Origin: a virus
Length of the DNA: 64,000 nucleotides
Virus record (IMG/VR): IMGVR_UViG_3300045988_144119
Coordinates: 13,719-77,718 of that record
Strand: one strand, 5' to 3'
The translations under genes were made by a program, and so were the position numbers. The notes beneath the pieces are model-generated. The model saw only the letters and a program-made list of their open reading frames with translations, made no database searches and had not been told where the DNA came from. Positions 18,966-28,057 of the stretch are shown piece after piece (the stretch's first letter is position 1; each line of letters begins with the position of its first letter).

Positions 18966-21900
18966 TGGAGAAACTGAGCCTATACATATACAAGCTGGAT
19001 ACACATGGGGAAAAAGTCAAATTTCCCAACGAAACCATGTCTGCAAAGCTGGGTGAATACACTTACACGGCACAGCGCATGGCCGGCACTCCTACGCTTA
19101 CCGCCACGCTCAACTATCCGTCTTGCTTGGATGAAGAGTGGACTGGAGAGGAATTTGTGGAGTTCAGAGGTGAGAGATACTATGTCGACCAAACCCCTAC
19201 ATCTTCAAAGGACAACAAGAGCATTATGTATAAGCATGAACTCCAGTTCGTTTCAGAACGTATCGTATTGGAGAACGTGTATTTCATGGATGTGGTGACA
19301 ACTGGAACAGATACTTATCATTCCAACTCTACTTCTGTGAAGTTCATGGGAGACATAAACGAGTTTGTAGGTCGCCTTAACGCTTCAATGGCAAAATCGG
19401 GTATCGGATATTCGGTAGTCATAGATGATGATATCACTTCCGATTCCAAACTTGTTTCACTTGACAATGTGTATCTTGCAGAAGCGTTACAATCCATATA
19501 TACCATATACGAACTTCCTTATTACTTTGTAGGTAAGGTTTGTCACATAGGATATACAGAGAATGTAATTTCTACTCCCTTCGAGTATAAGAAAGGGCTT
19601 GTATCAATAAAAAAGACAAACGCCAATTATAAAATTGTCAATCGCGTTACTGGTGTTGGTAGCTCTGATAATATCCCTTTCTACTATCCGAATGATGATG
19701 AAAAAGGTACTATAGAACGTACACAAAACCTTATGCCTTCCATTTACAGACAAACAAATGGAGCGGAAAGATTCTACAATGCGCTTAACGACACGTATAA
19801 GATACCCGGCACAAATGATTACTACTCTTTCAAAAATACATTTTCTTCTAAGAAGGTAAAAGAGATAAAGGTAGATTTCAGCGATATAAAGCCTACCATA
19901 GAAAATGTGACAAACGCTTCGGGACAGTTATTTGGTGAGATTGCGGATATTGCTTTTGATGCTAATGATAGTGACGAACTCGGAACCGGAGAAGGGAATA
20001 ATATATTCAATGATACAGATGAGTATGTACATTCTTATTTCTACATAAAATTACATATATATAATGGAGATTACGGCTTTAACCTGTTCGAACAGGGTTT
20101 GGAGGGTGGTACGGCTGTAATCAATATGACTACGGGTAATTGCGCTGCTTGCGAGTTTGAAATAGGAGTTACCTATAAGGACAATGAACCGGGAAGGGCA
20201 TTCAACCCTGTATTGGTGGATTCTTCCGGGAACTTACCGGCAGGAGATTTTGAGCAGAAGGTTACTTCACAACCATCCCAATATGTAGAAAGCCAACAAA
20301 ACACTTCTACAAATGAAGTTTGGATTGCAGTAAAAAAGGACAATACCACTTTCGGAATTGTTATGCCTAATGCCACCAATAACTATAAGCCTTCTGTCGG
20401 GGATAAATTTGTGATTACAGGCATTAAGATGCCCAAGTCCCTTGTACTCGCTGCTGAGAAGAGATTGGATGAAGCATTGATAAAGTATATGTCAGAGAAT
20501 AATGACGAAAAATTCACATTCTATGTCAATTTTTCCAGAGTATTTCTTGCAGACAATATTCAATTAGCAGAATTACTAAATGAGAATGTTCGCATGTATA
20601 TAAAATACAACGAACATGAGTATCTTATGTATGTAAATTCATTTACTTGTAAAGCGGACAAAAATTGCTTATATGACATATCTGTTGAATTAACAGACAA
20701 ATTATCTGCAAATGTTTCTGCATTACGAAGTACTATTACAGAAATTGCAGGCGATATCATAGGTAATACATTGGGAGGAAATAGTATTTCTACTACTGAT
20801 ATCTTAGCAAAAGTCTCTCGACATTTTCTCAGTAAAACACAAGATGACCGTACCCCGCACAAGTTATCCTCTGACAAAGCTTTTGAAATAGGGAAATTTG
20901 TCAGTGGTAGTACAGGTGGTATCATAATGGTTGATAAGGAAACAGGTCAAACCTATGCGGAGGTTGATAAACTGAAAGTCCGCATGAAAGCCTATTTCGA
21001 ATCACTGGAGATACAAAATGTAAATTCTGTAGGTGGAAAGATAGTTCTAACTCCGGGTGGTGCTGTTACGCTTATTGATGTTTGGACCAAGGGCACCATT
21101 GAACAAACGCCCATACTTTCAATGGCAGACGGGAATCCTATATTGCTTGCAGATGGCAGTGAACTCCAATTGATGGATAAAGAAACGGTAGACAATGGCG
21201 TTCCCGAAGGCGTGTACAGATGTTTCTTCCTTGCCGAGCAGGACGGTGTGGAAGTGGAGAACCGCTTCCGTGCAGGCTTCCAGGTACAGAGCAAAAACTT
21301 CAACATACAAAAACCGGGAGAATACCAACAGGTAGCGAACCATTATTATTGGCGTTTATGTGTAGGGGCAAGCAAAGAGCCTATCAATGTCGGTATATAC
21401 AAATTACACTATATTGACCTCAGCATGGCGGATTGCGACACAGGCAGTGACATTCCGGCAAAGGGTGATACTGTAGCCCACCTTGGTGCACGAATCAAAT
21501 GGAAAGGCATTGACAACAAGGACGTGACGGATGAAAGCAATATTGACGCACAGAATGCCATTGTTTTCTCTTCTACCGATGTGTTCAGCCCGAGTGTTAC
21601 TCTGTATCACGGTATAGACTCCTACTCCTACTTGAACAAGGAGTATGTTGAGTATGGCGTAGACAAAACTAACAACAAGGCATTCTTCCATGTGTACGGT
21701 GATACATACGTTGGAGACCGTGACGGCAAGAGCTATGTGAAATTCACCCAAGGTGAAGGTGTGGAAATAAAGGGCAAGCTCTCTGTGGGCACCACTATCG
21801 GTAACGGTGATACCATTGAAGACGCCCTCAAGAAAGCTTCCGAGAAGTACAAAGAGGACTTGGGCCCTCTGAAAGAGTACATCAAGCAGGAAATAGATAA

Positions 21901-24868
21901 TATCCAGAATCAGGTTGACGGTGCGATAGAAACATGGTTTTACGACCCGGTGCCCACCCTTGAAAATATTCCCGCATCCGATTGGGATACAGATGAGAAG
22001 AAGAACAATCATTTGGGAGACCTCTATTACAGCAAGGAGGGAAAAGCATACCGGTTCCAATATGAACAAGAAAAGGGATGGTATTGGAATGCCATTACCG
22101 ATACGGATATTGTCAAGGCTTTGGAAAACGCTCAAAAAGCACAGGATACCGCAGATGGGAAAAGACGCATCTTTGTGAGACAACCGCAGAATTCGGACGC
22201 ATACGACATAGGTGATATGTGGGTAAATGCGACCTATGGTAGCACTTACAAGGACGATATGCTCAGAGCGAATACTTCAAAAAAGGCAGGGGAAGCATTT
22301 AGTATCTCCCATTGGGAGCTTGCATCAAAATACACTGATGACACTTTGGCGCAAGAAGCAAAGAAAATAGCCGAAGAAACGAAGAAAGCGGCTGAAAAGC
22401 TGGATAGTACTGTAAGTTCAATGAAGGACTTTACCGATGAAGCATTCAATGATGGTATCGTAGACAGAGGTGAGGCGGCAGCCATTCAGAAGTATTTAAA
22501 CACTATAGCCACAACCCAAAAGGATGTAACGGAGTCCTATAGCAAGATTATAGAGAACGAGCTTCTTGATGAAGGTGTGGTAAAAACAGAGCTGGAAACG
22601 GCATACCGGCTTTTCAACAATTCGGCACAAGAACTGATTAACACCATTAACGGTGTGATTCAGGACGGTAAGACCACAGCTACCGAAGTGGCTATGGTGG
22701 ATGGCAAGTATTCAGCGTTCAACTTGAAGTACGGTGACTTTATCGCCCATATCAATGCCGCAAACAATTATATACAGGAAAAGTTGAACGCTTCCATCAA
22801 GGAGATTTCAAAGAATATAGGTGATATATCTTACTTGACGAAAGCACTGAAGGAATATACCAATATTGAGGGTGGTCTTATTCAATCCTCATTGTTAGCT
22901 TTAGGATACACCTCGGAAAGCGGTTTCAAGATAATGAGCGGCACGAACGGTGTATACCAATCTGACAAGCGCGGTGGAGGTATTGCTTCCTGGTGGGGAG
23001 GTTCCATGCTGGACAAATTCGACTATCCTGAAAACGGTGCTCCCGAAAATGCCGCCAAGGGGCTTGTGCGCTTTGACGGTACGGGTTACTTTGCCAACGG
23101 TGCACTTTGGTGGAAAGAAGATGGTACACTCCATGCAGACCCGTTGTCATTCTTTGTCGGAGAGGAGACAGTAGGCGTGTTGTTGTCGGCATTTAAATTT
23201 CTCCGGTCCGCAGAGTTTAAGCATATACTTGAACCTCAATATCCGTTCACTCATATAAAAGCCATCAATTCTGTCCAAATCGGTAATGCCATGCTGAAAT
23301 ATGACGCGACCAATAATGCCGTATATGTAGAGAAGGATGATGGGTCTATGGTTAATTTCTACGCTACAGGCGAAGTATCCGCATTCGGTTCGACAACCGG
23401 TGGTGGAAGTGGTGCAACCTCATTGGGCATGCTGGACGATGTAGACCTGGTTACTCCTCTATCGGAAGGACAGGTATTGACCTACGACTCGATTAAAAAC
23501 AAGTGGACGAATAAAAAAGGCGGTGGCGGTTTGGATATAAACGCCATGTGGGATGAGCTTGCCAAGTCTGACACGTCCAAGAGAATCCATTTTTCCCACA
23601 TACCGGACTTGGGCAGTGTATATGCCAAGCAGGTAAAGCTGGGCACAACTCCTTATAATGTATCCAATGGGGTGATATCTCTTCCTGCGTACCCGACCAG
23701 ACTGTCCCAATTGGAGGACGATGTTATAACAGGAAAGTATCTGCCTTTGGCAGGCGGGACGATAACAGGCAACCTTGCGATAAACGGAACTACGACCACT
23801 AATAATATAGTCCTGAACAAAGCCGGGAATTTTGGTAACAAAATAAACTTCGGTGACGGTGATTACGTATACTTGAAGGAGGCGTCTGATGATTCCTTGA
23901 CTATCTACGGAAGCAAAAAAATATCCCTTAATGGTTCGGGATTCGGTTACAGTTTCGGTTCTGATGGGCTGATTCCCACATCGGGAAGCAAGAGCCTTGG
24001 CGGTGGATGGAATAGCAATATGTGGAGTACTGTTTGGGCGAATAAGGTTGGGTGCACCATAATTGGCAGTGAACCTAATAATGCTCACGATGGGGGTAGT
24101 CCTTGGAATGGTTTATCCTTCGCAGGGAATGACAATTTCGTGCACATGTCGGGATATTACGGGATCGCATTCTACACTTCGGCAGGGCGTGTAGCTCAGT
24201 TCCAGTCGGACGGTATTGTTAATATTACGAATCTCTATTGCTACAATAACATTCAATGCAGAGCATCATTCGCAAGCACGATGACAGACCGTTGGCAATT
24301 GCAATGGCCGATATACTTCAATCCGGACAATGCCGTATTCAGGGCTAACCAATTATCCTTGATGATGCACGACTCCTGTAGACCGATAATTAGCTGGAAG
24401 GATACACTGGACGGTGTTGGATGGCAGACAAGATACACCATCGGCACGTATCGACCTGATTACGACACATGGGGAACCATGCTGATAGCAGTGTCGAATG
24501 ATGATGGAGGTAACAGCCCGGGGATTAGATTGGAGCTTGAAGCCTCTAATAACAGGGCGGTTGTCCAGGGTTCGTTCCTTGCAAGCGGTGAGATTACCGC
24601 TTATTCGGACGTCCGCTTAAAATCATGTATAAAACCGCTACGGAACAGAGGGTTCATCACCCCTGTCAGCTATATCAAGGATGGAAAGGAAAGTATAGGG
24701 TTTATCGCACAGGATATGATAGAATTGTATCCTGAACTGGTGTCTAAAGGCAGCTCGAAAGAACACTACCTGTCCGTGAACTATGCCCAATATACGGCAG
24801 TATTGCAGGCTCAGATAATTGAGCTGTACAAAGAGATTGATGATTTGAAACGTAAATTTATAAATTAA
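18965..24868 (+). CDS. giant tail fibre / host-specificity protein with C-terminal S74 intramolecular chaperone
   Basis: 1967 aa. The last 87 aa (24605-24865) read SDVRLKSCIKPL...IGFIAQDMIELYPELV...YAQYTAVLQAQIIEL. This matches the peptidase S74 autoprocessing chaperone domain of phage fibres/endosialidases. Confidence 0.85.
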   Translation: MEKLSLYIYKLDTHGEKVKFPNETMSAKLGEYTYTAQRMAGTPTLTATLNYPSCLDEEWTGEEFVEFRGERYYVDQTPTSSKDNKSIMYKHELQFVSERIVLENVYFMDVVTTGTDTYHSNSTSVKFMGDINEFVGRLNASMAKSGIGYSVVIDDDITSDSKLVSLDNVYLAEALQSIYTIYELPYYFVGKVCHIGYTENVISTPFEYKKGLVSIKKTNANYKIVNRVTGVGSSDNIPFYYPNDDEKGTIERTQNLMPSIYRQTNGAERFYNALNDTYKIPGTNDYYSFKNTFSSKKVKEIKVDFSDIKPTIENVTNASGQLFGEIADIAFDANDSDELGTGEGNNIFNDTDEYVHSYFYIKLHIYNGDYGFNLFEQGLEGGTAVINMTTGNCAACEFEIGVTYKDNEPGRAFNPVLVDSSGNLPAGDFEQKVTSQPSQYVESQQNTSTNEVWIAVKKDNTTFGIVMPNATNNYKPSVGDKFVITGIKMPKSLVLAAEKRLDEALIKYMSENNDEKFTFYVNFSRVFLADNIQLAELLNENVRMYIKYNEHEYLMYVNSFTCKADKNCLYDISVELTDKLSANVSALRSTITEIAGDIIGNTLGGNSISTTDILAKVSRHFLSKTQDDRTPHKLSSDKAFEIGKFVSGSTGGIIMVDKETGQTYAEVDKLKVRMKAYFESLEIQNVNSVGGKIVLTPGGAVTLIDVWTKGTIEQTPILSMADGNPILLADGSELQLMDKETVDNGVPEGVYRCFFLAEQDGVEVENRFRAGFQVQSKNFNIQKPGEYQQVANHYYWRLCVGASKEPINVGIYKLHYIDLSMADCDTGSDIPAKGDTVAHLGARIKWKGIDNKDVTDESNIDAQNAIVFSSTDVFSPSVTLYHGIDSYSYLNKEYVEYGVDKTNNKAFFHVYGDTYVGDRDGKSYVKFTQGEGVEIKGKLSVGTTIGNGDTIEDALKKASEKYKEDLGPLKEYIKQEIDNIQNQVDGAIETWFYDPVPTLENIPASDWDTDEKKNNHLGDLYYSKEGKAYRFQYEQEKGWYWNAITDTDIVKALENAQKAQDTADGKRRIFVRQPQNSDAYDIGDMWVNATYGSTYKDDMLRANTSKKAGEAFSISHWELASKYTDDTLAQEAKKIAEETKKAAEKLDSTVSSMKDFTDEAFNDGIVDRGEAAAIQKYLNTIATTQKDVTESYSKIIENELLDEGVVKTELETAYRLFNNSAQELINTINGVIQDGKTTATEVAMVDGKYSAFNLKYGDFIAHINAANNYIQEKLNASIKEISKNIGDISYLTKALKEYTNIEGGLIQSSLLALGYTSESGFKIMSGTNGVYQSDKRGGGIASWWGGSMLDKFDYPENGAPENAAKGLVRFDGTGYFANGALWWKEDGTLHADPLSFFVGEETVGVLLSAFKFLRSAEFKHILEPQYPFTHIKAINSVQIGNAMLKYDATNNAVYVEKDDGSMVNFYATGEVSAFGSTTGGGSGATSLGMLDDVDLVTPLSEGQVLTYDSIKNKWTNKKGGGGLDINAMWDELAKSDTSKRIHFSHIPDLGSVYAKQVKLGTTPYNVSNGVISLPAYPTRLSQLEDDVITGKYLPLAGGTITGNLAINGTTTTNNIVLNKAGNFGNKINFGDGDYVYLKEASDDSLTIYGSKKISLNGSGFGYSFGSDGLIPTSGSKSLGGGWNSNMWSTVWANKVGCTIIGSEPNNAHDGGSPWNGLSFAGNDNFVHMSGYYGIAFYTSAGRVAQFQSDGIVNITNLYCYNNIQCRASFASTMTDRWQLQWPIYFNPDNAVFRANQLSLMMHDSCRPIISWKDTLDGVGWQTRYTIGTYRPDYDTWGTMLIAVSNDDGGNSPGIRLELEASNNRAVVQGSFLASGEITAYSDVRLKSCIKPLRNRGFITPVSYIKDGKESIGFIAQDMIELYPELVSKGSSKEHYLSVNYAQYTAVLQAQIIELYKEIDDLKRKFIN

Positions 24869-24873
24869 AAACT

Positions 24874-25350
24874 ATGGTTACATTATTGATTGTTTCGATT
24901 ATTCTGTTTGTATCCTATATCGGATATACAGTCGGGATGTATGGCATCCCTGCAAGTATCAGTGACACATACTATCGGCTTGGAAAGAGGGGTTGGCTGT
25001 TCACGCTCTTCTGTCTTGTCGAATCTTCCCTGCTGGTTGCATCGTTCATCGAAGCCAGCAAGGAAGAATATCAATTCCTGGCGTTCATCGCAAGTGCATC
25101 ATTGGCGTTTGTCGGTTCTGCTCCCTTGTTCAAGGAGGACTATAACCGCAATATCCATTATGTAAGCGCGGGAATCTGCGCGCTTGCCTCTCTTGTATGG
25201 CAAGTGTTGATGAGTTTTTGGTATGTCCCTCTTATAACCTTCCTTGGCGGTGTAATCGTATTGGCATGCCTTAAGTTCAGGAAGCCTGTGTTTTGGATGG
25301 AGATGTGTGCCTTTATCTCGACTTATATAACCCTGTTACTACTCTATTGA
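24874..25350 (+). CDS. polytopic membrane protein (158 aa)
   Basis: About five hydrophobic helices; no motif recognised. Confidence 0.6.
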   Translation: MVTLLIVSIILFVSYIGYTVGMYGIPASISDTYYRLGKRGWLFTLFCLVESSLLVASFIEASKEEYQFLAFIASASLAFVGSAPLFKEDYNRNIHYVSAGICALASLVWQVLMSFWYVPLITFLGGVIVLACLKFRKPVFWMEMCAFISTYITLLLLY

Positions 25351-25351
25351 T

Positions 25352-26470
25352 ATGGCTAACTCGAATAACGTAATTACGTCTCCTGTCAATCTGAGGAGTG
25401 ACGTTGCTTCCGTTCTTGGGACGTCTGCAACGAATGTGAGCGGGTTGTGCACGAGCCATGAGATTAATATGTGGTCAAGATGTAAGCCTGTCCATATTGC
25501 CTCTGCTGCTCCTGACAGGAGCATGCCATCTGACGGTGAAGGGGCTTGGTGGAAAGGCTCGATGAAGAATTGCGGCATTAAGCCGCCCCCTGTAGCGTCT
25601 TATGAGGAAATCCCCAAGCTGTATACGGAAGACAAGATGAACGGATATACCTATGAGAGACCTTGGGGCGGAAGTGGGAGTCCGTACAGGTTGGCGGATT
25701 TTCTGTTGTACAAGCATAATGCATGGGCACCCATATTCGCATTTCAGTGCGATTCCAAAGTATCCCAATCCGGAACTATATCATGTTCGGTTGGAATCAA
25801 CATTACCGATGTGGATAAGTCAGGACCCGGCTCTATAACGTTGTCCGATATAGATTTCGGAACTAACCTTGAAACATGGTGGTTTGGGGCGATGTTGGTT
25901 GACTCGTCCAACAGAATCGTAAGGAAACTGGCGAACGTGAAACCGGGTGTGTCATTGGAAATGCCTGCCAGGGGTCTGACGCTAGGTCAATATTATGATG
26001 TATATCCGTTTCTCTGCATGAATAAGATTAATAGTATCTATGACCCTGATTCGGTCAACTTATTCTTGCCGGTGATGAACTGTTCCCCCGGCAGGGTTAA
26101 GTATGTATCGGAAGAAGAAGCGGGTGGTTTGGTAATCAATCTGAATGCAGAGTATGTGACGCATCCAATGACAGGTCTGAATACGGCTGTCAAGTGGGAA
26201 CTCAAGTTAAAGGCTACCAATGGCAATATGACTCTCCGCAACAATTGGATTAGTCTGCGATTCATAACGAGTGACGTGACCGACCCGTTCCAGGCAGGTG
26301 AGCAGCAAAAATCTTTAGGAGACAAGGATTTGACTCTGGACAATCCGGTTGTGATATCGGGTCAATTTGATTTGATGAATTTCTTGCAAGAGTACTATGT
26401 ATATGTTACGCTATCCAGCGGAAAGTACACGAAGAAGGCTTATCCTTTGGCTTTGAACCCTAACCCATAA
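25352..26470 (+). CDS. hypothetical structural protein (372 aa)
   Basis: Long ORF starting 2 nt after the upstream stop, inside the fibre cluster. Confidence 0.6.
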   Translation: MANSNNVITSPVNLRSDVASVLGTSATNVSGLCTSHEINMWSRCKPVHIASAAPDRSMPSDGEGAWWKGSMKNCGIKPPPVASYEEIPKLYTEDKMNGYTYERPWGGSGSPYRLADFLLYKHNAWAPIFAFQCDSKVSQSGTISCSVGINITDVDKSGPGSITLSDIDFGTNLETWWFGAMLVDSSNRIVRKLANVKPGVSLEMPARGLTLGQYYDVYPFLCMNKINSIYDPDSVNLFLPVMNCSPGRVKYVSEEEAGGLVINLNAEYVTHPMTGLNTAVKWELKLKATNGNMTLRNNWISLRFITSDVTDPFQAGEQQKSLGDKDLTLDNPVVISGQFDLMNFLQEYYVYVTLSSGKYTKKAYPLALNPNP

Positions 26471-26496
26471 TATACTAATCATTAAATTATACAGAT

Positions 26497-26736
26497 ATGG
26501 AACTGATAAGAAAAAAAGAAAGTATTACAAGGCTTTATGAAAACGGTGAAGCTTCAAACAATATAACCAATGATATCCAATATATCGTATTGGATGGAGA
26601 TGCTTATGTTGGCACAGCCTCTATCATGCCCACAGGGTTTACCATGACAGTAGGCATGAAAGCTCCCATCGAAGATATAGAGAGTATGCTTAGAAGCATA
26701 TTGTCTTCCATTCCCAAGGAAGGAGGTGCAAAATGA
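26497..26736 (+). CDS. hypothetical protein (79 aa)
   Basis: ORF whose stop overlaps the next start (ATGA). Confidence 0.5.
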   Translation: MELIRKKESITRLYENGEASNNITNDIQYIVLDGDAYVGTASIMPTGFTMTVGMKAPIEDIESMLRSILSSIPKEGGAK

Positions 26737-27266
26737 AAATCAACGAAATCATCAGAAAAATGAGTTTTTTGCAGCTCGTGCCTCTGAAATCGGATGAGGG
26801 TGCGCCGCTTGCCAATAAAACAAAAGTGAAGATTATCTTGAATCTCGTAGCCTACGAAAGGGCAATGGAGAGCTTTAACGAGGATATGCGCGGTATCTAT
26901 GCCAAGCTGAAACCCGAAGGCTATGACGCGCAAGCCTTTCCACGAGTGAATGAATTGGAGAAGAAAGAAAACATAAGTAACGCAGAAAAACAAGAGCTTG
27001 AGTCGATTAAGCAGAGTGAGGAATACCTCTCTTATGTTGATATGAAAAAAACACTGATGCGCGAGTTTGAAGAGGCAAGAGAATGCGCTTCGGCAGACAA
27101 TGACTATACAGTCAGCGAAAGGGCACTCACAGAGGATGATTTGGTTTCCATTGCGGAAGTTATCCCTTCGGATAAGGAGTTTGCAATCGGCAGGAATGAA
27201 GACGGGGAAATCAAGGTTAATGGCATCACCGTATTGGCGGAGATTGGCAGAATGTTTATAGTGTAA
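26733..27266 (+). CDS. hypothetical protein (177 aa)
   Basis: Acidic ORF in the fibre cluster; no motif recognised. Confidence 0.55.
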   Translation: MKINEIIRKMSFLQLVPLKSDEGAPLANKTKVKIILNLVAYERAMESFNEDMRGIYAKLKPEGYDAQAFPRVNELEKKENISNAEKQELESIKQSEEYLSYVDMKKTLMREFEEARECASADNDYTVSERALTEDDLVSIAEVIPSDKEFAIGRNEDGEIKVNGITVLAEIGRMFIV

Positions 27267-27277
27267 AACAAATAATT

Positions 27278-27493
27278 ATGGCAGGAAAAACGATTAACGA
27301 GCTTGACGCACGGACAACACTGAACGGTAAGGAGAACATACCCTTTCAGGAAGGGAATACAAACAAAAGATTATCTACCGATGCGTTGAAAAGATACGTG
27401 GCACCTGATTTAACACCTTATCAGAAAACCGTAGACGCTGATAAGAAGTATCTGTCTGCCGTGGAAATTGACGATGTGACATCAATATTATAG
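27278..27493 (+). CDS. fibre N-terminal anchor-like small protein (71 aa)
   Basis: MAGKTINELDARTTLNGKENIPFQEG resembles the conserved N-terminal motif of phage fibres/tailspikes. Confidence 0.5.
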   Translation: MAGKTINELDARTTLNGKENIPFQEGNTNKRLSTDALKRYVAPDLTPYQKTVDADKKYLSAVEIDDVTSIL

Positions 27494-27495
27494 TT

Positions 27496-28011
27496 ATGAG
27501 AATAAATTATCAGTCCGATTTTAAAATCATAGAGAAAAACCTGAATGGAGACCTGAAAACTCCTTTCCGGTTTACTTATCAGACAGCATTGTCGAAACCC
27601 GTCGTAGCCTCTTTCGACGGACACGATTACAAGAACTGTCGCAGGCTGGATGATGGCAGCCTGCTGGTTGTGTTTGATAATCATGGCATGCGTACGGGCA
27701 ACCTGACGGTCAGACGCGAGTATTACCTTACTGATGCTGATTTTGCTGATGGTATCTGTAACCTTGTATCCATGGAGTTTACAGGCATCGTTCTTGTCAA
27801 TGGCAAGTCTGATGACAGTACAGGTACAATTGACGTTTATCCAAACTACCAGAAAGGCGATAAGGGAGACCCGATGACATGGGAATCCATGACAGAGGAG
27901 CAGCGTACCGAATTAAAGGACTCTGTGGTAAAGGATGTGCAGAATGAGATGCTTTCTTCCTCTCCTATTTCCGATAAGGAATACGAAGATGTATTGAGTG
28001 GTTCCCTTTAA
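27496..28011 (+). CDS. fibre-associated protein (171 aa)
   Basis: Contains KGDKGDP collagen-like triplets; adjacent to fibre genes. Confidence 0.5.
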   Translation: MRINYQSDFKIIEKNLNGDLKTPFRFTYQTALSKPVVASFDGHDYKNCRRLDDGSLLVVFDNHGMRTGNLTVRREYYLTDADFADGICNLVSMEFTGIVLVNGKSDDSTGTIDVYPNYQKGDKGDPMTWESMTEEQRTELKDSVVKDVQNEMLSSSPISDKEYEDVLSGSL

Positions 28012-28057
28012 TCGGGAACCGATAAAGAATAAATTTACGAATTAAAATAAGAATTAT

